64,000 nt of DNA from Myxococcota bacterium (lineage in GTDB: Bacteria; Myxococcota_A; UBA9042; PHBI01; JAWLBL01), in contig JAWLBL010000006.1 in assembly GCA_041687695.1 (NCBI GenBank), forward strand, positions 64,001 to 128,000. The letters run 5' to 3'. A program made the translations under genes and the position numbers. This document shows, in pieces, positions 30,528-40,460 of the stretch (position 1 is its first letter; each line of letters opens with the position of its first letter). Below the pieces are notes generated by a model, which was not told the DNA's origin, made no database searches, and saw nothing but the letters and a program-made list of their open reading frames with translations.

Positions 30528-30823
30528 GCACGAGCGTTTAATTGCCGTCCACTGCCCGACTGCGCGACCAAGCACGCCCCGTCGCTGGAACTCCCGACCA
30601 GCCACCTCGCCCAGCACTCGCCGCCCAGTGCCCGCGCCTGTCCGCCTGTCCGCCTGTCCGCCTGTCCTCGTGCCTCACCCCCGCCGAGTCATCGGGCCGC
30701 ACGCACGAACACCTATCGACCGCGCTCCGCGGCGCCCGGCGGGTTGATGGTCGGCCAGCGGTGCCGCACGGTTAGGCGGGTCAGCAGAGAGAAGAGAGCC
30801 TGGACGACAGCGGAGGAACGGCG

Positions 30824-31102
30824 ATGAGCCAGCAGCTACGAAACGCGCTCGCGCGGGCCGAGCGGACCTGGAACCGGCTGGCCGCGGCCGGAGGGCGACA
30901 CGGCAGCGAGCAGACCGCCCTCGTGCACGCGCGGCGGGCCAAGGAGCGTTTGGACGCCAAGGACTACGACGCCGCGCTCGAGCACGCGCGGACGGCGGCG
31001 GGCTTCGACGTGGTCTGGGAGGAGCTCGCGAACCACATCCACGAAGCGCAGCGCTTCGCCCACATGCAGGACCGCGGCAAGGGCAGCTGGGCGCCCGGCT
31101 GA
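30824..31102 (+). CDS. Small hypothetical protein (92 aa)
   Basis: GGAGGA RBS; helical composition. Confidence 0.65.
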   Translation: MSQQLRNALARAERTWNRLAAAGGRHGSEQTALVHARRAKERLDAKDYDAALEHARTAAGFDVVWEELANHIHEAQRFAHMQDRGKGSWAPG

Positions 31103-31171
31103 GGGGCGCCGGAGACGAGAGGGGCTCGGACGCGAGGTGCGTCCGGGCGCCTTCAGGGGCGCGCCGGGGAC

Positions 31172-32182
31172 TCAGCCTGGCGGCTCGGGGCGGGCGCGCT
31201 TGAAGACGCGGAAGAGGAACCACAGCGAAGGCGCCAGCAGGGCCACGCCGAAGGCCAGGGCGGGCAGGAGCGCCTCGATGACCTCGGGCCGGCCGCCCGC
31301 GTCACCCAGGCGCACATCGGGGACGATCAGCCAGTCGCCCATGGCGAGGCCCCAGCCGACCACGACCAGGCCGACCTGGGTGGCGGCGGCGAGGCGGGCG
31401 AGGCCGAAGCGCCGGGTCCACAGCGTGGCGATGGCGGTCAGGGCGGCGAGCGCGGTGGCGCCCTGCACGGGCCAGGTCCAGGGTGAGGCGGAGAGCCGCT
31501 CGAACAGCAGCGGCGCGTCCACCGAGGCGCGCCAGAAGACGAAGGCGGCGAGCGCGGCGGCGACGCCCTCGGCCACCAGGGCGCGGCGGCGGAAGTCGTC
31601 GGCGAGCGCCGGGTCGGTGACCTCTCGGGCCAGGTAGACGGCCGCGAGCAGGGCGAACAGGGCCAGCGTGAAGAGGCCGACGCCCCAGGCGAAGGGCGTG
31701 GTCCAGCCGGCCAGGAAGCCGGTGGTCACGGCGCCGTCGGTGACGCGGATGGCGCCGCTGGAGACGCCCGCCAGGGTCGTGCCCAGGAAGACGGGCGTCA
31801 GGGCCGACGACCAGGCGAAGACGTGGCCCCAGCGCTCGCGGGCGGGCTCGGGCTGCAGGCCGTAGGCGCGGAAGGTGAAGGCCGCGCCGCGCATGACGAT
31901 GCCGACCAGGGCGAGGGCGATGGGGATGTGCAGGGCGGTCCCCAGGACGGCGAAGGCCCGCGGGAACACCGTGAACATCACGACGATGACGAAGATGAGC
32001 CAGACGTGGTTGGCCTCCCAGATGGGGGCGATGGCTTGCTCCACGGCCTCGCGCTGCGGGCGCTTTCGGGGGCCCGAGGCCAGCAGATCCCACACGCCGC
32101 CACCGAAGTCGGCGCCGCCGGTCAGCACGTAGGCGACGAAGCCGGCGCCCATGACCAGGAAGATGAGGGTCTCGCCGCTCAT
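31172..32182 (-). CDS. cydB: Cytochrome bd ubiquinol oxidase subunit II
   Basis: GGADFGGG, IAPIWEANHVWLIF, MRGAAF; ATGA overlap with cydA. Confidence 0.9.
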   Translation of the reverse strand: MSGETLIFLVMGAGFVAYVLTGGADFGGGVWDLLASGPRKRPQREAVEQAIAPIWEANHVWLIFVIVVMFTVFPRAFAVLGTALHIPIALALVGIVMRGAAFTFRAYGLQPEPARERWGHVFAWSSALTPVFLGTTLAGVSSGAIRVTDGAVTTGFLAGWTTPFAWGVGLFTLALFALLAAVYLAREVTDPALADDFRRRALVAEGVAAALAAFVFWRASVDAPLLFERLSASPWTWPVQGATALAALTAIATLWTRRFGLARLAAATQVGLVVVGWGLAMGDWLIVPDVRLGDAGGRPEVIEALLPALAFGVALLAPSLWFLFRVFKRARPEPPG

Positions 32183-33528
32183 GCGCCGGCTCCCGGGTGG
32201 CCGGCCTCGTCGGGGACGTCGCCGCGCGGGGCGCTGAAGACGTGGGCGCGGAGCAGCAGCACCACGATGACGCCCAGGAACAGGTAGATGGCGGTCATGA
32301 TCGTGAGCGGCACGACGAGGTGGGGCATGGGGGTGACCGCGTCGGCGACCTTCATGACGCCTTGGATGATCCAGGGTTGTCGGCCGACCTCCGTGACCAC
32401 CCAGCCGGCCTCGAGGGCGAGCAGGCCCAGCGGAGAGGCCAGCAGGGCGGCGCGCAGGAAGGGGCGGCTGTCCGCGAGCCGGGTCTTGAGGACCAGGCGC
32501 ACGAAGGCGCCCGCCAGCACCACCGCCAACATGGCGAACCCACAGGCGACCATGATCTGGAAGGCGATCTTGACGATGGGCACGGGCGGCCACAGGTCGC
32601 GCGGGAAGTCCAGCAGGCCCTGGATCTCGGCGTCGAAGTCGCCCTTGCCGAGGAAGCTCAGGGCGCCCGGGAGCTCGATGGCGTAGCGCACCTCGAGCGC
32701 CTCGGTGTCGGGCCAGCCGCCGAGGGTGAGCGGGGCGCGGGTGGTGGTCTCGAACAGGCCCTCGGCGGCGGCGAGCTTGAGCGGCTGGTGCTCGGCCAGG
32801 TGCTTGGCGGACAGGTCGCCGCTGGCGATCTGCAGCGGCGTCGCGACGGCGGCCAGGGCGAAGGTCAGGCCCAGGGCGGCGCGGTGGAAGCGGCTCTTGG
32901 GGTCGCGCAGGAGCGACCAGGCGTGGATGCCCATCACGGCGAAGGAGACGGCGACGTAGGCCGCGAGGACCATGTGGAGCGCCTGGGTGGGGAACGAGGT
33001 GGCCGAGAACGCGGTGTAGGGGTCGACGGCGGCGATGGCGCCCGTGGCGTCGACCTCGAGGCCGGTGACGGGCGGCGTGTTCATGAAGGCGTTGACCGCC
33101 ATCACCAGGACGCCACCGGCGATGCCGCTGAGGGCGATGACCCCGCCGCAAGCGAGGTGGACGGCCGGGCGCAGGCGGTCCCAGCCGTACAGGTACAGGC
33201 CCAGGAAGATGGCCTCGAGGAAGAAGGCGAAGCCCTCGAGGCTGAAGGGCAGGCCGATGAGCGGGCCGGCGTGCTCCATGAAGGCCGGCCAGAGCAGGCC
33301 GAGTTCGAAGCTGAGCACGGTGCCGCTGACCGCGCCGACCGCGAAGAGGATGGCGGTCCCCTTGGCCCAGCGGACGGCGAGATCGCGGTAGATGGCCTGC
33401 CCGGTGCGGATGAAGCGCCACTCGCTCATCACCATCAGCATGGGCATGGCCATGCCGGCGACGGCGAAGAGGATGTGGAAGCCGAGGGAGATCGCCATCT
33501 GGGTGCGGGCGGCGAGGAGATCGGTCAC
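32179..33528 (-). CDS. cydA: Cytochrome bd ubiquinol oxidase subunit I
   Basis: AARTQMAISLGFHILF, GAVSGTVLSFE, EGFAFFLE, QPLKLAAAEG, EAGWVVTEVGRQPW. Confidence 0.92.
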   Translation of the reverse strand: MTDLLAARTQMAISLGFHILFAVAGMAMPMLMVMSEWRFIRTGQAIYRDLAVRWAKGTAILFAVGAVSGTVLSFELGLLWPAFMEHAGPLIGLPFSLEGFAFFLEAIFLGLYLYGWDRLRPAVHLACGGVIALSGIAGGVLVMAVNAFMNTPPVTGLEVDATGAIAAVDPYTAFSATSFPTQALHMVLAAYVAVSFAVMGIHAWSLLRDPKSRFHRAALGLTFALAAVATPLQIASGDLSAKHLAEHQPLKLAAAEGLFETTTRAPLTLGGWPDTEALEVRYAIELPGALSFLGKGDFDAEIQGLLDFPRDLWPPVPIVKIAFQIMVACGFAMLAVVLAGAFVRLVLKTRLADSRPFLRAALLASPLGLLALEAGWVVTEVGRQPWIIQGVMKVADAVTPMPHLVVPLTIMTAIYLFLGVIVVLLLRAHVFSAPRGDVPDEAGHPGAGA

Positions 33529-33599
33529 GCGCGGCTCCGTCGGGGCGGTCGAAGGGGCTGCGACCATAGCCTCGCGCCGGCCGCCGGACCACCTCGGGT

Positions 33600-34832
33600 T
33601 CATGGTTCGGTGGGCACCTCGGGGCGAGGCGTGAAGGCGACGCGGGCGACGCGGCGCTCGTCCATGATGTCGACGCGGAAGGTGCCCCAGGGGGACTCGA
33701 TCTCGTCGCCGACGGTGGGGATGCGGCCGATCTCGCCGAAGACGAAGCCGCCGACGGTGTCGTACTCGTCCTCGGGGACCTGGGTGCCGTAGCGCTCGTT
33801 CAAGGCCCAGACCGGGACGGCGCCGTCGATGAGCACGCGGCCGTCGACCTCGACGAAGTCGGGCGGCTCGACCTCGTGCTCGTCCTGGATCTCGCCGACG
33901 ATCTCCTCGAGCAGGTCCTCGAGGGTGACCAGGCCCGCCGTGCCGCCGAACTCGTCGAGCACGATGGCCATCTTCACGCGCTGCTGGCGCATCTCGACGA
34001 TGAGCCGCTCGACCGGCTTGGACTCGGGCACGAACATGGGCGTGCGGACGATCTCGCGGACGCGCGACAGGCCGTGCGCCTCGGCGCGCCACAGCTCGCG
34101 GGCCAGCAGGATGCCGACCACCCGGTCGATGGACCCCTCGTAGACGGGCAGGCGCAGGTGGCCCTCGGCCAGCATCACGGCCTTGGCCTCGGCGACGGTC
34201 GCCTCGATGGGGATGGCCACGATGGCGGTGCGCGGTGTCATGACCATCTCGGCGGTGATCTGGTCGAGGTGCATGATGTTGGTCATGACCTGCCACTCGT
34301 TCTCGTCGAGCGTGCCCTCCTGCCGGCCGATGCTGGCGAGGACCTCGATCTCGGCGCGGCTGATGCGCGGGTCCTTGCGGCCGCGGGTCATCAGGCGCCC
34401 GAGCAGCTTGAGCGGGATGAGGACGGGCTTGAGGACGACGATCATCCAGCGCAGCGCGTGCGCGACCGGCGCCGCGAGCTGCTTGTAGTACACGGCGCCG
34501 AGGGTCTTGGGGATGATCTCCGACAGGATGAGGATGGCGAAGGTGAGCAGCGCCGAGAAGAGCGCCATCCACTGGTTGCCCAGCACCTGCAGGGCGATGG
34601 CGCCGGCCAGGGCCGCGCCGACCGTGTGCGAGATGGTGTTGAGCGTGAGGATGGCCGCGATGGGCTCGTCGATGTCCTCGCGCATCCGGGACAGGATCTC
34701 GCCGGCGCGCGAGCCGCGCTCGCGCATGACGCCGAGGTGGCCGTGCGAGACCGACAGGAGCACGGCCTCCATGACGGAGCAGGCGAACGAGACGGCCAGG
34801 GTGATCGCGATGACGGCGAGCAGGGTGGTCAT
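33600..34832 (-). CDS. CNNM/hemolysin-family protein (DUF21-CBS-CorC)
   Basis: SEIIPKTLG, VMTPR, VLDEFGGTAGLVTLEDLLEEIVGEIQDE, YDTVGG. Confidence 0.9.
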   Translation of the reverse strand: MTTLLAVIAITLAVSFACSVMEAVLLSVSHGHLGVMRERGSRAGEILSRMREDIDEPIAAILTLNTISHTVGAALAGAIALQVLGNQWMALFSALLTFAILILSEIIPKTLGAVYYKQLAAPVAHALRWMIVVLKPVLIPLKLLGRLMTRGRKDPRISRAEIEVLASIGRQEGTLDENEWQVMTNIMHLDQITAEMVMTPRTAIVAIPIEATVAEAKAVMLAEGHLRLPVYEGSIDRVVGILLARELWRAEAHGLSRVREIVRTPMFVPESKPVERLIVEMRQQRVKMAIVLDEFGGTAGLVTLEDLLEEIVGEIQDEHEVEPPDFVEVDGRVLIDGAVPVWALNERYGTQVPEDEYDTVGGFVFGEIGRIPTVGDEIESPWGTFRVDIMDERRVARVAFTPRPEVPTEP

Positions 34833-35162
34833 GGTGGGTCGGTGGGTGTCCTCGGTCGTGTCCTGCACAGGCTAGGCACGCCAGATGCGGCCGGCCACCG
34901 AGGCGCGGTCCCTTGGTCGGCAGGGGCGGCGCCTTGTCACGACCGGATGGCCGGGCCATGCTGAGGGCGCCTCGGCCGTCGCGCCGCGCGCCCGCACCGA
35001 TGGGCTCGCGCGCGCCGCGCCTCGGCGACGCCGGAATGGCCACCGGGCCGGGCGTCGTTGCACTCGTTGTACGACCCATGCCCGATTCACCCGGCGCGTT
35101 CGACGACGCACCGCGCTCCAGCCCGGGGGGAACCGCCCGGGGCCGACGGTCCGCCTTCGCCC

Positions 35163-36986
35163 ATGCAAGACCCGCAGCACGACGCCAAGCCGCGCATCCT
35201 CGTCGTCGAGGACGAGGCCGTGGTGCGCAAGATCCTGGTGGCCGCCCTCAAGGCGACCGGCGCCTACGAGGTGCTCGAGGCCGAGGACGGACTGGCCGCG
35301 CGCGAGCTGCTGGCGGCGCGGCCCGCGGCCGCCCCCGTCGACGTGGTCGTCACCGACGTGATGATGCCGCGCATGGACGGCCTGGCCCTGATGGAGTGGG
35401 CGCGCGAGCACGTGTCCGAGACGACGTTCATCATCCGCTCGGGCGTCGACACCTTCGACACGGCGCTCAAGGCCTTGCACCTGGGGGCCTTCGACTTCGT
35501 GTCCAAGGCCGGGCAGTCCAACCAGGAGCTGGTCGTCACGGTGCGCAACGCCGTCGCGCAGCGGCGCCTCGTGCAGGATCGCCAGCGCCTGACGACCGAG
35601 CTGGCCGCCAAGAACGAGCGCCTGCGGGAGCAGGTCGTCCAGCTCGAGCGCGTCGTCAGGCTGCTCAACGAGCAGGCCGAGATCATCCGCAACGATCTGC
35701 GGCGCGCCGAGCGCATCCAGCGCGTGCTGCTGCCGTGCGGTGCGCCCGAGGTCGAGGGGCTCTCGTTCGCGGGCGTCTACCGGCCCAGCCACAACGTCGG
35801 CGGCGACTTCTACGACATCCAGCGCCTGGACTCGCGCTACGTCGCCATCATGATGGCCGACGCGGCGGGCCACGGCGTCAGCGCCGCCATGCTGACCGTG
35901 CTGTTCAAGCACCGGCTGAACCTGCGGCTCGAGGGCAAGCGCCCGCGCCCGCCGTCGGACGTCTTGTGCCGGGTCAACCGCGCCCTGTTCCAGGAGTGCG
36001 CGGGCTCGGGGCTGTTCGTGACCGCGGTCTACGGGCTGCTCGACACCAAGACGCGCGAGCTGGTGCTGGCGTCGGCCGGACACACCCCGGTGGCCTTCCA
36101 GGCGCAGGGCAAGCTGCACTTCGTCGAGCGGACGGGGCCGGCGCTGGGCGTCGAGCGCGACGCGGTCTTCTCGGAGCGGCACCTGTGGCTGCGCGAGGGC
36201 GACCGCCTGCTGCTGTACACCGACGGGCTGGACGACCCCGACCGGACGCGCTGTCCGCTGGCGAGCGAGCTGGTGGCGCGCGAGCTGCTCGAGGGCGACC
36301 GGCAGGGGTACGACGCGCTGATGCACCTTCTGAAGACGGCGGGCGGCGAGCCGGACGGCGAGTGCGAGGCCGGGCTCGAGGACGACGTCACCATGCTGCT
36401 CATCTCGGCGACCGAGGGGCCGTCGGTCCTGGACAACGGCCAGGACCGGGCCGAGTGCGCGGTGCTGACGAGCGCCAACCACGCCGCGGTGCAGAAGGGG
36501 CGGGCGGACGGCGCGACCTACCTGACGGTCGCGGGCCGCGGCACCTGGGTGCTGGCCGACGCCTTCCGCGACGAGGCCATGGCCGCGCTCGAGGAGGGCG
36601 ACGCGCTGGTCGTGGACCTGTCCGAGTGCAACTACCTGGACAGCACCTTCCTGGGGACGCTGCAGGAGATCGTCTCGCGCGGCGACGAGCGCGGCCAGTC
36701 GGTGCGGCTCCAGGGCGTGTCGGCGCCCATCCGGCGCCTGTTCGACGAGCTGTTCATGGGCCGGGTCGTGGCGCACGTGTCGCAGTCGGTGCGGCCGCTG
36801 CCGGAGGGGCTCGAGCGCCTCGACGAGCACCGCGAGAGCAGCGAGCGGATGCAGCGGCGCATCCTGGACGCGCACCAGCGCCTGGCGTCGCTGAGCGACC
36901 GCAACCGCGAGCAGTTCGCGCAGGTCATCGACGCGCTCCGCGCCGAGCTCGACGGCGAGCCCGGCGCGAAGGGCGACCGTCAGTAG
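35163..36986 (+). CDS. Response regulator receiver - SpoIIE/PP2C phosphatase - STAS fusion
   Basis: ILVVEDE...TDVMMPRMDG; VGGDFY, ADAAGHG, YTDGL, EDDVT; C-terminal VDLSECNYLDSTFLG. Confidence 0.85.
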   Translation: MQDPQHDAKPRILVVEDEAVVRKILVAALKATGAYEVLEAEDGLAARELLAARPAAAPVDVVVTDVMMPRMDGLALMEWAREHVSETTFIIRSGVDTFDTALKALHLGAFDFVSKAGQSNQELVVTVRNAVAQRRLVQDRQRLTTELAAKNERLREQVVQLERVVRLLNEQAEIIRNDLRRAERIQRVLLPCGAPEVEGLSFAGVYRPSHNVGGDFYDIQRLDSRYVAIMMADAAGHGVSAAMLTVLFKHRLNLRLEGKRPRPPSDVLCRVNRALFQECAGSGLFVTAVYGLLDTKTRELVLASAGHTPVAFQAQGKLHFVERTGPALGVERDAVFSERHLWLREGDRLLLYTDGLDDPDRTRCPLASELVARELLEGDRQGYDALMHLLKTAGGEPDGECEAGLEDDVTMLLISATEGPSVLDNGQDRAECAVLTSANHAAVQKGRADGATYLTVAGRGTWVLADAFRDEAMAALEEGDALVVDLSECNYLDSTFLGTLQEIVSRGDERGQSVRLQGVSAPIRRLFDELFMGRVVAHVSQSVRPLPEGLERLDEHRESSERMQRRILDAHQRLASLSDRNREQFAQVIDALRAELDGEPGAKGDRQ

Positions 36987-38569
36987 TCGAGGCAGTCGAC
37001 GACGTCGACCTGGTACTGGATGGTCTGGGCGAGGCCGGTGACGGTCACGTCGTAGACCATGCCCGCCTCCATCTTCCAGCCGGAGGGCTTGAAGGACAGG
37101 GCGTACTTGCTGCCGTAGTTGGCGGCGAGGACGGTCTTGGTGACGGGCAGGGCGACGCCGTCGGCGCTGACCGCGACCTGGGCCTTGGTCAGGTCGATGG
37201 AGTCGCTCTGGATGGACCAGGCGGTCTTGTCGAGGGTGCTCCAGCCGGCCGCGTTGGCCTCGATGGGGAAGGGGCCGGGCGGCGGCCAGGCGACCCAGTC
37301 GGCGCCGGCCTTGCCCGAGCCGGACAGGACCCACATGCACGAGTAGTCGTCGGTCGAGCCGAGGCCGATGGGGCCCAGGGCGTTCGACAGGATCCAGCGG
37401 CGGTGACCGAGGGTGGTCGCGTTGCCCGGGTCGACCATGTACAGGTCGACGGCGATGACGCCGGGGGTGGTGGCGATGTTGCTCTTGCCGGCGGCGGCTG
37501 CGCCCGTGCTGGAGTAGCACTTCCAGCTGCTGGGCGGCGTGTGGGTGATGGTGCCGTTGGCGTGCATCATCAGGGCGCACTGCTGGGCGGCGTCGTTGCG
37601 GGTCGGGTCGGTGGTGACCGGCGGCAGGCCGGCGAGCCAGCGGAACAGGTTGACCTGGCGCAGGGCGGTGTCGCGGGCGGAAGGGGAGATGGCGCCGGCG
37701 TTGCAGGTGGTGGCGCTGCCGGACCAGGTGCCCTCGTCGAGGTCGGCGCGGTCGGCGTTCCAGCGGGCGCACATGGCGGCGGCGGGGTCGTCGTCCGGGG
37801 CGGGGCCGGGGTCGGGCGAGGCGTCGGCGGTGGCGTCGGCGTCGGGGCCGGTGTCCACGGACATGTCCAGGGAGACGTCGGTGGTGTCGGAGGCCGTGTC
37901 GGAGGCCGTGTCGGAGGCCGTGTCGGTGGCCGTGTCGGTGGCCGTGTCCTTGGCCGTGTCCGAGGCGGTGTCGGTGGCCGTGTCGGTGGCCGTGTCTGTA
38001 GCCGTGTCCGTGGCCGTGTCGGTCGCCGTGTCCACGGCCGTGTCCGGAGCTGTGTCGGGGGCCGTGTCCGAGGCCGCCGAATCATTCGCATCTTCGTCGC
38101 GCGGGTCGAAAGCGTCGGTGGCGTGCGAATCGCTCTCGCGAGCGTCGCCATGGTCATTCGCAGATTGCGAATCGCCGTGGCGAGCGTCGCCATCATCATT
38201 CGCAATCTGCGAATCGCCGTGGCGAGCGTCGCCATGGTCATTCGCAATCTGCGAATCGCCGTGGCGAGCGTCGTCATGGTCATTCGCAATCTGCGAATCG
38301 CCGTGGCGAGCGTCGCCATCGTCATTCGCAATCTGCGAATCGCCCGCGCGAGTGTCGCCATCGTCATTCGCGTCCCGCGCGTCGCCTTCGCGGGTGTCGA
38401 CAGCGTCGTCGGAGGCGCTCGAGTCGGGCTCGGGGAGGGCGTCGGGGTCGCCGGGGGGGAGCTCGGTCGCCTTGGTGTCGGCGGTCGCGTCGGCGAGGGG
38501 GAGGGGGGGCTCGGTGTTGCAGCCGGCGAGGGCCGCGAGGAGGGTCAGCGCAAGGGCGCGCATCGGCAT
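36980..38569 (-). CDS. CAP/SCP-domain lipoprotein with repetitive acidic linker
   Basis: Lipobox LAGC; VNLFRWLAGL, AQQCALMM, THTPP, SNIA, LGHRRWIL. Confidence 0.85.
   Translation of the reverse strand: MPMRALALTLLAALAGCNTEPPLPLADATADTKATELPPGDPDALPEPDSSASDDAVDTREGDARDANDDGDTRAGDSQIANDDGDARHGDSQIANDHDDARHGDSQIANDHGDARHGDSQIANDDGDARHGDSQSANDHGDARESDSHATDAFDPRDEDANDSAASDTAPDTAPDTAVDTATDTATDTATDTATDTATDTASDTAKDTATDTATDTASDTASDTASDTTDVSLDMSVDTGPDADATADASPDPGPAPDDDPAAAMCARWNADRADLDEGTWSGSATTCNAGAISPSARDTALRQVNLFRWLAGLPPVTTDPTRNDAAQQCALMMHANGTITHTPPSSWKCYSSTGAAAAGKSNIATTPGVIAVDLYMVDPGNATTLGHRRWILSNALGPIGLGSTDDYSCMWVLSGSGKAGADWVAWPPPGPFPIEANAAGWSTLDKTAWSIQSDSIDLTKAQVAVSADGVALPVTKTVLAANYGSKYALSFKPSGWKMEAGMVYDVTVTGLAQTIQYQVDVVDCLDY
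37880..38075 (-). repeat. 12-bp coding tandem repeat (DTAT/DTAS)n
   Basis: GCCGTGTCGGTG-type units. Confidence 0.85.
38124..38371. repeat. 42-bp palindromic tandem repeat, 5 full units plus partial flanking units, in frame
   Basis: Units start at 38142, 38184, 38226, 38268 and 38310; consensus TCGCCATGG-TC-ATTCGCA-ATC-TGCGAAT-CG-CCGTGGCGA. Confidence 0.9.
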
Positions 38570-38602
38570 GCTGGGGAGCGCTCCGTGGAGCGGCGCCTGG
38601 GG

Positions 38603-39595
38603 TCAGGCGCCGGCGCAGTCCACGACCTCGACCCGGTAGCTGATGGTCGCGCCCGCGCCGGTCACGACCACGTCGTAGGCCCGGCCGGCCTGCATCACCC
38701 ACCCGGAGGGCGTGAACGAGAGGGCGTGCTTGCTGCCGAAGTTGGCGGCCAGCACGGTGGTCGTGACGGGCAGCGGCTGCCCGCCCGAGGTGACGGTGAC
38801 CTGGGCCTGGGACAGGTCCAGCGAGTCGCTCTGCAGCGACCAGCCGGTCTGGTCCAGCGAGGTCCAGCCGAGGTGGGCGGCCTGGATGGGGAAGGGGCCC
38901 GGCGGGGGCCAGGCGGTCCAGTCGGCGCCGGCCTGGCCGCTGCCGCTCAGGACCCACAGGCACGAGTACGCGTCGGTCGAGCCGACGCCCACCGGGCCGA
39001 GCGAGTTGGACAGGATCCAGCGGCGGTGGCCCAGCGTCGTCGCGTTGCCGGGGTCGACCATGTACAGCGGGACCGCGGCGACGGCGGGCGTCGTCGCGAG
39101 GTTGCTCTTGCCGGCCGCCTGGGAACCCAGCGACGACCAGCAGTCCCAGGACTGCGGTGGGCCGTGGGACAGCGCGTCGTTGGCGTGCATCACCAGGGCG
39201 CAGGCCTGCGCGGCGGCGTCCCGCTCGCCCGAGCGCGTGACCGGGGGGAGGCTGGCCAGCTCGCGGTACAGGTTCACCAGCGCCAGCGCGCCTTCGCGGC
39301 CCGCCTCGCCCAACGCGCCCGCGTCGCAGGTGGCGACGTCGCCGGTCCAGGCGCCCTCGCTCACGGCGCCGGTGACCTGGCTCCAGCGCGCGCAGACCGC
39401 CTCGGCGTCGCCGCCGCCGACCGCCGAATCACCGGCCCCGCCGTCGTCTGGCGCGCCGACCTCGGGGGCGTCCTTCGCGTCGGGGCCCCAGCCGTCCGGC
39501 CACGCGCCGAGCCCGCCGCCCCCCGGGGCGTCGCAGGCTGCCAGCGCGCCCGCCACCGCCAGCACCCGGCCAAGCTCGTTCCACGTCGCGCGCAT
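38603..39595 (-). CDS. CAP/SCP-domain lipoprotein, tandem paralogue
   Basis: Lipobox LAAC; YMVDPGNATTLGHRRWILSN shared with the neighbouring gene. Confidence 0.85.
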   Translation of the reverse strand: MRATWNELGRVLAVAGALAACDAPGGGGLGAWPDGWGPDAKDAPEVGAPDDGGAGDSAVGGGDAEAVCARWSQVTGAVSEGAWTGDVATCDAGALGEAGREGALALVNLYRELASLPPVTRSGERDAAAQACALVMHANDALSHGPPQSWDCWSSLGSQAAGKSNLATTPAVAAVPLYMVDPGNATTLGHRRWILSNSLGPVGVGSTDAYSCLWVLSGSGQAGADWTAWPPPGPFPIQAAHLGWTSLDQTGWSLQSDSLDLSQAQVTVTSGGQPLPVTTTVLAANFGSKHALSFTPSGWVMQAGRAYDVVVTGAGATISYRVEVVDCAGA

Positions 39596-39731
39596 GGGCC
39601 CTCCCGGCGCGCCGAGAGCGTCCATCGCCCCGGCGCGGTCCAGGCAACCTACCCGCGCGCGGCCCCGCGGCGGAAGCTACGGGATCGTGCAATGCAGTAA
39701 AAACGAAGACTTGGAGGGCTCGGACGGCGGG

Positions 39732-40460
39732 TCAGCGGACGTCGAAGGCCAGGGTGCGCAGGAGGACGCCGTCGGCGTCGAGGAGGTCGACCGTCCAGGC
39801 GCCCGCGTCCTTGGGGCCCATCTTCTTGCGCGACCAGGTGCGCCAGTGCGGGCTCTTCTTGACCTGCAGATCGATGCGCCACTTCTCGGCGCCGTCGCGC
39901 TTCCAGACCATGGTGACGGTGGTCGGCTCGCCGTCGTACTTGACGTTGACGTAGGCCCACACCTCTCCGACGTCGAGGCCGAACGCGCTGGAGACGCCCA
40001 CCGGGGCGCGCTGCTCGACGCCGGTGCCGGCGGACAGCTCGAGGATCTCGAAGGCGTAGGCGCTGTCGCCGCTGGGCGCCGGCTGGGCGGGCGGCGGCGT
40101 CGGCGCGGGGGCGGCGGGCGCCTCGGCGGCCGTGGGCTCGGGCGCCGGCTCGGGGGCCTGGGCGGCGGCCGGCGCGGCCGACGGGGCCGAGGGCTGGGCC
40201 GCCGGGGCCGGGGGCGGGGTCGGCGGGGCGGCGGGCGCGGGCCGGGCGGGCTGGGGCTCGGGCTCGGCGGCGACCTGGGCGGAGGGGGCGGGCGGGCGGA
40301 CCGGCTCGAGGCGGGTCGTGTCGATGGTCGGGAGCGCCGCCGGGGTCGGGCTGGGGGCGACCGGCTCGGCGGCCTCGGGGGCGGCGGCGGGCTGGGCGTC
40401 CTTGTTGTCACAGGCGGCGAGGGTGCAGGCGAGGGCGAGGGCCAGCGCGACGAGACGCAT
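39732..40460 (-). CDS. Lipoprotein with Pro/Ala linker and C-terminal DUF2914-like domain
   Basis: Lipobox LAAC; VTMVW...WRTWSRK...GAWTVDL; GGAG RBS. Confidence 0.75.
   Translation of the reverse strand: MRLVALALALACTLAACDNKDAQPAAAPEAAEPVAPSPTPAALPTIDTTRLEPVRPPAPSAQVAAEPEPQPARPAPAAPPTPPPAPAAQPSAPSAAPAAAQAPEPAPEPTAAEAPAAPAPTPPPAQPAPSGDSAYAFEILELSAGTGVEQRAPVGVSSAFGLDVGEVWAYVNVKYDGEPTTVTMVWKRDGAEKWRIDLQVKKSPHWRTWSRKKMGPKDAGAWTVDLLDADGVLLRTLAFDVR

Larger units (their letters stand above)
28281..30638. mobile_element. Composite HNH element copy 2 (right terminal module truncated)
   Basis: Left module 28281-28564, array C, HNH gene, array D, inner part of the right module 30528-30638, then (CGCCTGTC)x4. 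Confidence 0.7.
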
